Origin: an uncultured delta proteobacterium
GTDB taxonomy: Bacteria > Desulfobacterota > Syntrophia > Syntrophales > UBA2185
Direction of reading: 5' to 3'
DNA: 64,000 nucleotides
NCBI GenBank assembly: GCA_963729715.1
Contig: CAVSPA010000006.1
Location: forward strand, 32,001 to 96,000
Numbering within the stretch: position 1 is the first letter of the stretch; the number at the start of each line of letters is the position of its first letter. A program made the translations under genes and the position numbers. This document shows, piece by piece, positions 40,197-49,814 of the stretch. The notes below the pieces were generated by a model. That model worked only from the letters and a program-made list of their open reading frames with translations. It was not told the DNA's origin and searched no databases.

Positions 40197-41666
40197 ATGA
40201 AGGCAAAACTGATAGACCAAAAGGGGGCCTTAGATTTTTGTGCGAAAGAAGGGGAACTTATCACCATTTCCAAAGAGGTGGATCCTGTGTACGAAATAGC
40301 GGGCATCACGAAGAGCTTTGATGGAGGTCCAATGGTCCTCTTCGAAAATATCAAGGGGTATCCGAAATGGAAGGCCGTGACGAACATTTTCGCAAATCGC
40401 GATCGGGTGGCCAGGTATTTTGGGACAACCAAGCAAGAGCTTCCCAAGCGGATTCTGGACGCAGCGAGGAATCCCATCCAGCCGAAATTGGTGACACAGG
40501 CGCCGTGCCAGGAAAATGTCATCACTAAGGACATCGATGTCCTGAACTTCCTGCCGGTGATTACGCACACGAAATTGGATATCGGTCCCGTTATTTCCGG
40601 TGGTGTAGTGATGATCAGTGTTCCCAAGGAGATGGGCGGAGGAGAGCAGTCCTTTAATCTTTCTTTCCATCGCATGAATCCGAGCCTGGGAAAAGACTGG
40701 ATTAGTATGGCAACGTTGTACAGCCGCCACTTCCTCGAAGTGCTGTATCATCATAAGTCGAAGAAGCAGGAGTACCCCGTTACGATTAACATCGGCATGT
40801 CTCCGGCATTAAGTGTGGTCGCTTCCGGCGGCGACTTCCCGCAAATCCGCCCCATTGGGACTGATGACCTGGGCATGGCCGGGAACCTGCAAGGGCAGGC
40901 CGTTGAGTACTGCAAGGCGAAGACCGTCGACGCCTACGCCCTGGCCCACGCAGATATCGTCCTCGAAGGAAAGGTGATTTATACTGAAAAGATAACCGAA
41001 GAACTTCCCTCCAAGGCGAAGGGACCGGGGAAGAGTTATTTCTTCCCTGAACAACTTGGCTACGAAGGTCTGGCAGCCGCGGGCTTCAAGATTCAGATTT
41101 CGGCCATTACCTACAGGAATAGTCCCTGTTACTTCACCCCTCTGGCCGATGCCTATGAGACAAATAACCTGCAGGTACTCATCTCGGAAGCGAGCATCTA
41201 CAATACCTGCAAGATGACGGCCCCGAACATCTTCACGAACTGTCATGTCCTGGACTGTATGAAGGGACATATGGGGGTGGTTATCCAGTGCCGTGTGCCC
41301 CATGAGCAAGAACAGGGAATCTCGCAAAATCTGATCGGCGCAGCCTTTGGGGCAGTCAGGAACCTTAATTTCGTGATAGCCGTCGATGAGGACGTAGATA
41401 TCTATGATCCTTCGGATGTCATTTGGGCGATGGTGAGGAGGACACGCGCTGCCGAGGACGTCAATATCATAAAGGGGGCAGGCATAGGCAATAACTTCGC
41501 AAAGTGGTCCGTTGACACAACTGTTCCTGTTGCAGAAAAATATCGGGCATTGAGACCCAAATTCGAGCCCATGGATCTAGGCAAGTGGCTGACCCCGGAA
41601 GAGGTCGCGAGAGGGCTCGCCCTGATGGACGACGGAGCAAAAAGTATCGCGAGGAGACGGGTGTAA
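40197..41666 (+). CDS. UbiD-family prFMN (de)carboxylase 1, with AroY/LpdC-like features
   Basis: EVDP, FENIKGYP, APCQE, SFHRM, FFPEQLGY and VDEDVDIYD. Confidence 0.88.
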   Translation: MKAKLIDQKGALDFCAKEGELITISKEVDPVYEIAGITKSFDGGPMVLFENIKGYPKWKAVTNIFANRDRVARYFGTTKQELPKRILDAARNPIQPKLVTQAPCQENVITKDIDVLNFLPVITHTKLDIGPVISGGVVMISVPKEMGGGEQSFNLSFHRMNPSLGKDWISMATLYSRHFLEVLYHHKSKKQEYPVTINIGMSPALSVVASGGDFPQIRPIGTDDLGMAGNLQGQAVEYCKAKTVDAYALAHADIVLEGKVIYTEKITEELPSKAKGPGKSYFFPEQLGYEGLAAAGFKIQISAITYRNSPCYFTPLADAYETNNLQVLISEASIYNTCKMTAPNIFTNCHVLDCMKGHMGVVIQCRVPHEQEQGISQNLIGAAFGAVRNLNFVIAVDEDVDIYDPSDVIWAMVRRTRAAEDVNIIKGAGIGNNFAKWSVDTTVPVAEKYRALRPKFEPMDLGKWLTPEEVARGLALMDDGAKSIARRRV

Positions 41667-41698
41667 AGAAGGAATACGAGAAATAGAGGAGATTATTT

Positions 41699-43123
41699 AT
41701 GGAGCCGAAAGAACGAGAGGCTTTGGACAAGTTTTTTTACCCTCAGTCCGTGGCGATAATCGGAGCTTCCGCTGAGCCCAAAAAAACAGGTTATGTGTGG
41801 GTGAAGAACTTCGTTGAGTATGGATATAAAGGAAAGATCTATCCCATCAATCCCAAGGAGGATGAGATCCTCGGATTCAAGGCGTATAAGAGTGTTTTGG
41901 ATGTCCCTGATGAGATTGATCTTGTCATATTTATCGTCCCCGCTGCGGCCATGGTCAAGATCATGGAGGAATGCGTCAAAAAGAAGATCCCTGCGGGGAT
42001 CATTCATTCCGCCGGCTATGCAGAGACGGGTAAGGAAGGGGTGTTTCTTCAGCAGAAGCTGGTGGACATGGCCCGCCAGGGCGGCATGAAGCTCATAGGA
42101 CCAAACTGCGTAGGCATCCTCTGCCCCGAATCCGGTCACCCCTGGGCGAGGAGAAGCACATTTCCGAAAGACGTAGGCGGTGTTTCCGTCATCAGCCAGT
42201 CAGGAGGCGGTGGAGGATATTTCATCAACATGGGCGAGGTCCGGGGACTCTCGTTCAGCAAGTTCATCTCCATTGGAAACGAATGTGATGTCTCCGTGAT
42301 TGACTTCATGGATTACCTGCGTGACGACCCCAAGACAAACGCAGTCTTCGTCTACCTGGAAGGCTTCAGAGACGGGCAACGGTTCCTGGAAATAGCCAAA
42401 CCCCTCTCCCGTGTCAAACCCGTACTCGTTTACAAGGTCGGGAGAACGGAGGTGGGCCGAAAGATGACAGCCTCCCACACCGGTTCTATTGCCGGGTCTA
42501 TCGCAGTTTACGACGGCGCCTTCCGGCAGGCGGGGATTATTCGTGTGGAAGACTTCGAGCAGGCGCAGGATTATCTTACCGCCTTCGAGAACGTGTGGTT
42601 CGGACAAGGAATTCCTAAAGGGCCAAGGGTCGGCATCATTGCGGGACCCGGAGGTCCGGGTGTTGCGGCTGCTGACATGTGCGGAGAGGTGGGCCTGGAA
42701 GTTCCCCCGTTTTCGGAGGAGACCGTGAGGAGACTTGCGGAAGAGATCCCCGGAGCCAGCAGGACGAACCCGACTGACATCGACCTCGGTGCGATGGCAA
42801 TGCTGAAAGGAAAGAATCCCTTTGTCGTGCGGGCCAACATCATCGAGATGGACGAGAATATCGACATGCTGGCCTTCGTCGGCTTGGGAGAAAACAACCC
42901 CAAGGCGGCCTTGGATGCGATGCTGGAGATCCAAGCCACATGCAAGAAACCGTTCATCATCATCTGGCCTTCAGCCGGAAAAGAAGTAGACGCATGTAAG
43001 GAAGTCCTGCTGCAAAAGAAGGTTCCCCTCTTTTTGACTCCGGAAAGGGGAGCGAAGGCCCTGGGAGCCCTGATAAGATACAAGAAAGCGGTGGAGCGAT
43101 TGGAGAAGGAGGCAGTGCGATGA
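41699..43123 (+). CDS. NDP(ADP)-forming acyl-CoA synthetase, alpha (CoA-binding) subunit
   Basis: AIIGAS, YPINP, GPNCVG, SQSG, SIGNE and phospho-His ASHTGS. Confidence 0.9.
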   Translation: MEPKEREALDKFFYPQSVAIIGASAEPKKTGYVWVKNFVEYGYKGKIYPINPKEDEILGFKAYKSVLDVPDEIDLVIFIVPAAAMVKIMEECVKKKIPAGIIHSAGYAETGKEGVFLQQKLVDMARQGGMKLIGPNCVGILCPESGHPWARRSTFPKDVGGVSVISQSGGGGGYFINMGEVRGLSFSKFISIGNECDVSVIDFMDYLRDDPKTNAVFVYLEGFRDGQRFLEIAKPLSRVKPVLVYKVGRTEVGRKMTASHTGSIAGSIAVYDGAFRQAGIIRVEDFEQAQDYLTAFENVWFGQGIPKGPRVGIIAGPGGPGVAAADMCGEVGLEVPPFSEETVRRLAEEIPGASRTNPTDIDLGAMAMLKGKNPFVVRANIIEMDENIDMLAFVGLGENNPKAALDAMLEIQATCKKPFIIIWPSAGKEVDACKEVLLQKKVPLFLTPERGAKALGALIRYKKAVERLEKEAVR

Positions 43124-43827
43124 ATACCCATGAGCAGGCAAAAGAAATTCTGAGCCGGGCCAGAAAAGCCAAGAGGAATGTTTTGTTGGAGCCGGAAGCA
43201 AAAGCGCTTCTCGCCTCCTATGGCTGCGCCGTTACAAAGGATAAGGTGGCCGTCTCGGCTGACGAAGCAGCGGCATTCGCGAGCGAACTCGGATTCCCGG
43301 TTGTGGCCAAGATAGTCTCACCGCAGATCATACATAAAACCGATGCCAAGTGCGTGAAGGTGAATCTTGAAAATCCGGAGAAGGTCAAAGGGGCATTCAA
43401 GGAAATCATGGCCAATGCAAAGGCCTATGATGCAAACGCTAGGATAGAGGGGGTTTTGCTTTATCACATGGTGAGCGGGGGCGAAGAGGTCATAATAGGA
43501 CTGGCGACTGACCCCACCTTCGGGAAGGTGATCATGTTCGGATTGGGCGGAATCTGGGTGGAAGTCATGAAAGACGTCTCTTTCCGTGTTGTTCCCGTGA
43601 GCCGCGAGGACGCCCGGGACATGGTGGAAGAGATCAAGGGATATCCTCTTCTTACCGGGATCCGGGGAAAATCCGCGAAAGACATCGATGCCCTGTGCAA
43701 TATGCTGGTACAAGTTTCGAAATTGGCCGGGGCCAACTCAGAGATTGCGGAGATGGACCTCAATCCTATTTTCGTCATGGAGAAGGGGGCCATCATAGTC
43801 GATGCCCGGATTATCCTCAGTGAGTGA
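43120..43827 (+). CDS. NDP-forming acyl-CoA synthetase, beta (ATP-grasp) subunit
   Basis: GFPVVAKIVS, HKTD, FGLGG, DLNP and VDAR. Confidence 0.9.
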   Translation: MNTHEQAKEILSRARKAKRNVLLEPEAKALLASYGCAVTKDKVAVSADEAAAFASELGFPVVAKIVSPQIIHKTDAKCVKVNLENPEKVKGAFKEIMANAKAYDANARIEGVLLYHMVSGGEEVIIGLATDPTFGKVIMFGLGGIWVEVMKDVSFRVVPVSREDARDMVEEIKGYPLLTGIRGKSAKDIDALCNMLVQVSKLAGANSEIAEMDLNPIFVMEKGAIIVDARIILSE

Positions 43828-43914
43828 ATGAAAGCGTCCACGTCGGCGCTAAAATGAGATGACATTCTTATCGAAAGATTTATACAGAAAGTTACATGCA
43901 AGGAGGACCATACG

Positions 43915-45315
43915 ATGAACCAAGGTCTGCGAGCGTACATAGAACACTTGGAAAGGGATATGCCGTCCCATGTCATCAGGATAAAGAAGGAGGTTTCACC
44001 TGAGTTTGAAATCCCAGCCATCCTGCAACAGGTGGAGTCGAGAAAAAAACAGCCTGTTTTGATTTTCGAGAAGGTGCGGAACCTAAACGGATCAATCTCA
44101 AAGCTGCCGGTGGTGATCAATCTTTTTGGCTCTAGGGAGAGGCTTGCAGATGCTATCGGGTCTACGGTTCAGAGGCTTCCCCTGGACTATATCGAGAAAG
44201 AGAAGCCTGTGCCTCCGGTCGTAATCGATAAGTCCAAAGCGATGGTCAAAGGCGTTATCCAGAAAGGCGATGATGTAGATTTGTATGAACTGCCGATCGT
44301 GACTCATCATGAAATGGATTTAGGGCCATACTTCACCAGCCCCAGCGTCTGGATAAAAGACCCGGAGACAGGATGGGTCAATTGCGCAATCATCAGGATC
44401 TATGTCGCAGGCCCCAAGAGCCTTGTCGTAAATTTCAACGCGGCGCGTCACACAAATTATGTCTTCCAGAAATACAAGGCCCTTAAACGCAACATTCCTA
44501 TAATCATTATGATTGGACATCATCCTGCTTTCTATATGGGGGCGCAAACGAAGATCTTCACGGATGAACCGCAGATAATCGGCGGTATCATAGGCGAACC
44601 CGTCGAGCTGACCCCTTCCGAAACTTGGGGGAAGGATATGCTCGTTCCAGCACAGGCGGAAATCGTCGTAGAAGCCGAAATGTCCTACGAGCAGGTTGAT
44701 ATCGAGGCGCCCTTCGGCGAATATACCCAGTATTACGGCGGCCAGAGGCTAAACCCCGTGACGTCGGTGAAAGCGATAACGCGAAGGAAAGACGCCTTCT
44801 ATCTCGACATCATGCCGGGCCATGCGGATCACCTCCTACTTGACGCACCGATGATCGAGGCTTATCTTTATAACAGAATCAGGGCGGTGGTGCCCGGGGT
44901 TGTGGGGGTACACGTACCTGTCTCAGGGACAGCGAGGCTCCACGCGTATATCCAGATCCGGAAGTCCAACGATGGAGAGCCTAAGACCGCCATAGCAACG
45001 GCCCTTAGCTCCGATTACCGGATAAAACATGTTGTTGTTGTGGATGATGACGTCAATATCTTTGATGATGAGCATGTGCTCTGGGCGATCGCTACACGAT
45101 CACAGTGGGACAAGGACCTTGTGGTCATCCCCGGCATGATGGGCACGAGGTTAGACCCGTCGGGCAATGACATCTTGACGACAAAGGGCGGGATTGATGC
45201 GACCAAGCCTGTCGATCCCCGCGGCTTTGCCAAAAGGCTCTGCATACCTGAATCGGTGATGTCCAGAATAAGGCTGGAGGATTTCCTGGAGCCGGATGTC
45301 CTGAGACAGTTTTAG
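43915..45315 (+). CDS. UbiD-family prFMN (de)carboxylase 2
   Basis: NCAIIR, EAPFGEYTQYY (canonical E-x4-E), VVDDDVNI, WAIATR and GIDATKP. Confidence 0.92.
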   Translation: MNQGLRAYIEHLERDMPSHVIRIKKEVSPEFEIPAILQQVESRKKQPVLIFEKVRNLNGSISKLPVVINLFGSRERLADAIGSTVQRLPLDYIEKEKPVPPVVIDKSKAMVKGVIQKGDDVDLYELPIVTHHEMDLGPYFTSPSVWIKDPETGWVNCAIIRIYVAGPKSLVVNFNAARHTNYVFQKYKALKRNIPIIIMIGHHPAFYMGAQTKIFTDEPQIIGGIIGEPVELTPSETWGKDMLVPAQAEIVVEAEMSYEQVDIEAPFGEYTQYYGGQRLNPVTSVKAITRRKDAFYLDIMPGHADHLLLDAPMIEAYLYNRIRAVVPGVVGVHVPVSGTARLHAYIQIRKSNDGEPKTAIATALSSDYRIKHVVVVDDDVNIFDDEHVLWAIATRSQWDKDLVVIPGMMGTRLDPSGNDILTTKGGIDATKPVDPRGFAKRLCIPESVMSRIRLEDFLEPDVLRQF

Positions 45316-45330
45316 ATAAAGGAGATTACC

Positions 45331-45504
45331 ATGGCAAAAGTGCATTATATAGAGTGTGCGTTGTGCGGAAAGGAATATTATCTGGACAGGATTCTCTCGG
45401 AGGTCGTTGAAGTAAACCCCAAGCAAAAGCTCAAGTGTCCATTTTGCAAGAAAGAATTTCACCTGGACATGAAACGCAAGCAGGGGAAGGACGCGCGACC
45501 CTGA
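45331..45504 (+). CDS. 57-aa zinc-ribbon protein (absent from the ORF track)
   Basis: AAGGAG RBS; MAKVHYIECALCGKEYYLDRILSEVVEVNPKQKLKCPFCKKEFHLDMKRKQGKDARP*. Confidence 0.8.
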   Translation: MAKVHYIECALCGKEYYLDRILSEVVEVNPKQKLKCPFCKKEFHLDMKRKQGKDARP

Positions 45505-45570
45505 AATTGTAAAAGAAAGACCAGTCCATGAAATATGGTCTTTTGACTTGAGAGGAAGGGCAGAAAAGCT

Positions 45571-47595
45571 ATGAAAAAGGTTATAACGAATTCACATTTC
45601 ATTTTGGAAAAATGTGTCGGCTGCAAAACATGCACCCATGTTTGCCCGACGAAGGCCTACACCCCATCCATAAGCCGGCCGCTGGAGAAGATCAAGGTCT
45701 CTCCTTGTACCGTTCAATGTCCGATTGGAAACGACATCGAAGGGTTTAATTATCTGATCGGACAGAAGAAATACCTTGAGGCTTATGATTTGCTCCGAGA
45801 GACAAACCCGCTTCCCGGTGCTACGGGCCGGGTCTGTCATCATCCCTGCGAAAAAGAGTGCAACCGGATCGAATTTGACGAACGCGTGTCGATCAAGTCC
45901 GTAGAGCGTTTTATTGCCGATACTGCCATGAAGATGGGCTATAAGCCGGTCAAGCCAAAGGTGGTCCGGATGGAGACTGTCGCCGTGGTGGGATCGGGAC
46001 CGGCAGGTCTCTCCTGCGCCTTCCACTTGTGCCGGATGGGTTACCGTGTCACTCTTTTCGAGGGTGCTGAGAAGGCAGGCGGCATGATGCGTTACGGTAT
46101 CCCTGAATATCGGCTGCCGAAGCAGGTCCTGGATAACGAGATCAGATATATCGAAGAGTCAGGGGTCAGTATCAAGACGAATACGCCTGTAAAGAACGCT
46201 GAAGAGCTCTTTAAGCAGGGATACAAGGCGGTCTTTGTCGCAACAGGTTCATGGGCAAGTCATAAGGTGGGCGTTCCTGGGGAAGAGACCAAGGGGGTCT
46301 TGTATTCGGTCGATTTCCTGAGGAGGGCGAACTCCGGGGAAAAGGTGAAAATGGGGGACTGCGTGGCGGTCATCGGCGGCGGCAATGTGGCCATCGATTC
46401 TGCCAGGCTTTCCCGGCGACTCGGGGCCAAGGAGGTTCACCTGATCTGCCTGGAGTCTTGCGACCTGACCTGCAAAGACAGGATGCCGGCCCAGGATGTG
46501 GAGATCGAACAGGCCGAAGGGGAAGGGGTTATCGTCCATCCCAACCTGGGGGTCAGAAAGATATTGGCCGATCGGGGCAAAATCGTGGGTTTGGAAACGA
46601 TCCAGTGTACGAGCGTCATTAATGAGCGGGGAAGATTCGCGCCGGAGTTTGGAGATGGTGCTGCCCCAACCATCGCGGCCGATATGGTGATCGTCGCGAT
46701 CGGTCAGAGACCGGACGATAAAGATTTTGTCGAGCTGGAAAGAAACCCCTCCAAAACAATCAAGATCGACGATATGACTTTCGAGACCAATATCAAAGGC
46801 ATTTTTGCCGGAGGGGATGCAACCAAGGGGGCAGGCACCGTATCCGAGGCAATCGGTGAGGGTAAAAAAGTGGCTTTGGCCATCCATCGTTTCCTCGAAA
46901 AGGGGGATGCGCGCCAGGAGATGGCCGCGCGCGAGGTCGTGACTTATGAAGAGATGAATCGCGATTACTTCTATCCGGCCGCGAGGAACGAGACCGGTCA
47001 TCTCGATCTGGGGCAGGCGGTCCGCTCTTTTGAAGAGGTCAGCCTCGGCTATCAGGAGGACCAGGCCGTGAACGAGGCACAAAGGTGTTTCGGATGCGCC
47101 GCACCGCCTACTTACACGTTCGCAGAGTGCAAAGGCTGTTTGAACTGCGTGGACCGATGTCCTGTATTCGCGATCACCATCGAACCGATACAGGAGCCTT
47201 ATACCGTAGCCGTCGACGCCAGCCAGTTCGATCAAGAAGAGATCATGCGCATCTGCAAGAAGACGCGTATCCATCCGAAGCAGATCATCTGTTACTGCAA
47301 CGGGACACGCGCTGAAGAGGTCGTTGCCGCCATTATGAAAGGAGCCAAAACGCCTGACGACATCTCCCGGATGACAGGAGCCCGCACCGGTTGCGCCGTC
47401 CTTTGCATCCAGTCGATCGTCAAACTTCTGGAGGTGTCCGGATTCCCGGTCACGGTGGGGAGCACACACCAGACCTATGGAAAGACCTTCACCCTGTGGG
47501 ATCTGGACCCCGAACTGAAGAAGAAGCATGAGGCACGGGGATATCATTTTGATGATGACATGAAACTAATCGAAACTGTTTTCGAGAGTAAGTGA
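45571..47595 (+). CDS. Fe-S flavoprotein: 2[4Fe-4S] ferredoxin, GltD/NfnB-like FAD/NAD(P) module and BFD-like [2Fe-2S] domain
   Basis: CVGCKTCTHVCP; CTVQCP and GRVCHHPCE; GSGPAG; GGGNVAID; AGGD; CKGCLNCVDRCP; ICYCN...TGCAVLC. Confidence 0.88.
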   Translation: MKKVITNSHFILEKCVGCKTCTHVCPTKAYTPSISRPLEKIKVSPCTVQCPIGNDIEGFNYLIGQKKYLEAYDLLRETNPLPGATGRVCHHPCEKECNRIEFDERVSIKSVERFIADTAMKMGYKPVKPKVVRMETVAVVGSGPAGLSCAFHLCRMGYRVTLFEGAEKAGGMMRYGIPEYRLPKQVLDNEIRYIEESGVSIKTNTPVKNAEELFKQGYKAVFVATGSWASHKVGVPGEETKGVLYSVDFLRRANSGEKVKMGDCVAVIGGGNVAIDSARLSRRLGAKEVHLICLESCDLTCKDRMPAQDVEIEQAEGEGVIVHPNLGVRKILADRGKIVGLETIQCTSVINERGRFAPEFGDGAAPTIAADMVIVAIGQRPDDKDFVELERNPSKTIKIDDMTFETNIKGIFAGGDATKGAGTVSEAIGEGKKVALAIHRFLEKGDARQEMAAREVVTYEEMNRDYFYPAARNETGHLDLGQAVRSFEEVSLGYQEDQAVNEAQRCFGCAAPPTYTFAECKGCLNCVDRCPVFAITIEPIQEPYTVAVDASQFDQEEIMRICKKTRIHPKQIICYCNGTRAEEVVAAIMKGAKTPDDISRMTGARTGCAVLCIQSIVKLLEVSGFPVTVGSTHQTYGKTFTLWDLDPELKKKHEARGYHFDDDMKLIETVFESK

Positions 47596-47605
47596 GGTAC
47601 ATGAG

Positions 47606-49066
47606 ATGGGAAAGACACTAAAACCTGCCGCTCCTAACCGATCACAATACTGCATTAATCCAGAGCTGTTGAAGATGAGAGCCGCTGATTTGCCAGGGAT
47701 GACCTCCCTGACCATTCGGGAACTCATTCCCTCTATGCCCAATCCCATTTTCCCGAGCGAGCATGGGGTTGAAGCGATCCGTCAGGCAACCCGGGATTCT
47801 TTGAACGGGGTTGATATGACCAAGATCAAGCCCGGGGATTCTGTCAACATCCTGGCATCGCACCATGGTTTCACGCTCTATGGCGGGACTGCCTACGCGG
47901 AGATGATCAAGGTGACACGCGATGTGATCATGGAGAGGACCGGTACCAAGGATATACGGCTGCGCGCCGGTGTGGGGCTGCGATTCAGGGAGACAGAGGA
48001 GTACATCAAGAAATTCGGCCTTGATCAGCATTTCAACGGGAAGGCCATGGGGATGACGCCCATTGATGAAGGTTTTCCCATCCAGACAGAGTTCGGCACC
48101 CTTTTTGGACTCAAGAGGGCCTATGATGCGAAGTGGGTTGTCCACGCCCACAACAATGATTTGAGGGAGCTCCACAACCATCGGATGATCAACCGGATCA
48201 TCAAGCCTTTTGCAATGTCGTATGCGAGGATGGAGACGCGTTCCACGTATCACCAGAACTTCGGCCCGAGATCGTCGAACATCATTCCCAGGGCGGTTTT
48301 CACGTCGGACTTCGTCCAGAGCAAGTTTGTCTTTTCCGTCATGCTGAACGTTGCACCCAGCGGGATCGCCGAGGTCAGCGCGAACAACGATCTGCTGAAG
48401 CAGGATGAATATATGGCGGTCGATACGCTGAGATGGTACGGAAAACTGCTTACCTTGCTGGAACACATCGACCAATGCAATGTGATCGTCGACGGTCCCA
48501 TGCCCATCGGGTACATGAGAGCGGGCGGGATCGTGTACGACAATTTTGCAGGGCTCTCTGTGGATGAGTTCGATCTGGATCAGGGATTCCCTCCGTTTTC
48601 ACGCTACACGGAGATGTATTTTGACGAACTGGGCCATCGTCTTATCGAGAATATCCCTCCTTTGAATCCAGCCGTCAAATGGATGATCAACAACTACTGT
48701 ATGAGCGGATTGCCATGCACCTTCTTTTCCCAGCATGTTCCAACCGTTGTGGTGGGTCGCGACATGGTGAACCATATGAATGCGGACCCGCAGAATCCCC
48801 AGTACATGAAATATGCGGTGACGACGGAAGGGCTGCAGGAGGCGGTCGACTTCGTGACGCGGGTCAGCGGTACCTCGAATATCCTCGTATTTGACGGTGC
48901 GGCAAACGGATTCAACATGACTGAGCCCCTGGCCGATCTGCTGAGGTCTAAGGGCTCGGGCATTGAAGAGAAGGTGGAGGGGGAGTTGCTTCCGAAGTGG
49001 TGTCGTCAGCGCGGTCTAAGTGCCGCGGTGCTGAAAGACAAACAGGTAAAGGTTAGCAGGCAGTAG
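47606..49066 (+). CDS. Divergent LarA/DUF2088-like protein, function unknown
   Basis: IKPGDSVNIL N-terminal strand; H190-x9-K200-x15-H216 spacing equals LarA H174/K184/H200 (manual alignment from memory). Confidence 0.55.
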   Translation: MGKTLKPAAPNRSQYCINPELLKMRAADLPGMTSLTIRELIPSMPNPIFPSEHGVEAIRQATRDSLNGVDMTKIKPGDSVNILASHHGFTLYGGTAYAEMIKVTRDVIMERTGTKDIRLRAGVGLRFRETEEYIKKFGLDQHFNGKAMGMTPIDEGFPIQTEFGTLFGLKRAYDAKWVVHAHNNDLRELHNHRMINRIIKPFAMSYARMETRSTYHQNFGPRSSNIIPRAVFTSDFVQSKFVFSVMLNVAPSGIAEVSANNDLLKQDEYMAVDTLRWYGKLLTLLEHIDQCNVIVDGPMPIGYMRAGGIVYDNFAGLSVDEFDLDQGFPPFSRYTEMYFDELGHRLIENIPPLNPAVKWMINNYCMSGLPCTFFSQHVPTVVVGRDMVNHMNADPQNPQYMKYAVTTEGLQEAVDFVTRVSGTSNILVFDGAANGFNMTEPLADLLRSKGSGIEEKVEGELLPKWCRQRGLSAAVLKDKQVKVSRQ

Positions 49067-49233
49067 GCTCTGCATCCTGAATAGATCGACTCAAGACAGC
49101 GACTTGAGAGGGATGCGCCAGCGGGGCATCCAATCCCTATTGAGGGGAGATATTTCACTGCCGGCGGTTTTTCGAGAAGGGGATTCCTGCCCGGCCATCA
49201 GGCAGGCTCAAATAAGAAATGGAGTGGAAGCGA

Positions 49234-49782
49234 ATGTACGAAATCAGGTTTCATGGAAGAGGAGGACAGGGCGCGGTCGTAGCGTCGACGGTTCTCGCCT
49301 CCGCCTTCTTCAAGGAAAAGAAATTCGTTCAGGCTTTCCCGAACTTCGGGGCTGAGAGAAGAGGTGCGCCCGTAGTCGCCTTTACGCGCGTGAGCGACCA
49401 TGAGATCAGGGAGAGATTCGGAATCTATGAGCCGGACTGCCTGATCATTCTTGACTCAAGCCTGACCAGAAGGAAGGGGATTGTCCAGGGTCTGAAGGAA
49501 GGCCACTGGATCATCATCAACAGCGATAAGAAACCGGAGGACTATGTTTTTCTGGGCCCCTATCTCGTGGCGACACTGAATGCAAACACCATCGCACAGG
49601 AGCACGGCCTGGGGAGCTCATCCGTTCCGATCGTCAATACGACGATCCTCGGTGCGTTCTCAAGGGCAACCGGGATGGTCGCTATAGAATCGATCATGGA
49701 TGCCGTGCGCGAGAATGTACCTTCACATCCCGAGGATAATGCCAAGGCCGCCCGGGAGGCTTATGAGAAGGTGGTTTTTTAA
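49234..49782 (+). CDS. 2-oxoacid:ferredoxin oxidoreductase gamma subunit (set 1)
   Basis: EIRFHGRGGQG, FGAERRGAPV and IVNTTILGA. Confidence 0.92.
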   Translation: MYEIRFHGRGGQGAVVASTVLASAFFKEKKFVQAFPNFGAERRGAPVVAFTRVSDHEIRERFGIYEPDCLIILDSSLTRRKGIVQGLKEGHWIIINSDKKPEDYVFLGPYLVATLNANTIAQEHGLGSSSVPIVNTTILGAFSRATGMVAIESIMDAVRENVPSHPEDNAKAAREAYEKVVF

Positions 49783-49814
49783 GTAGAGTAATCTTGCATC
49801 AAGAGGTTGATTAA

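Noticed and set aside
40197..45315. Quinone-biosynthesis ubiD/ubiX
   Set aside because: No ubiA or mqn genes nearby; the context is uptake, CoA activation and catabolism.
46249..47547. 432-aa antisense ORF, and similar long antisense ORFs (4389-5132, 42200-42934, 47642-48475)
   Set aside because: Shadows of well-supported + strand genes, with no recognisable motifs.
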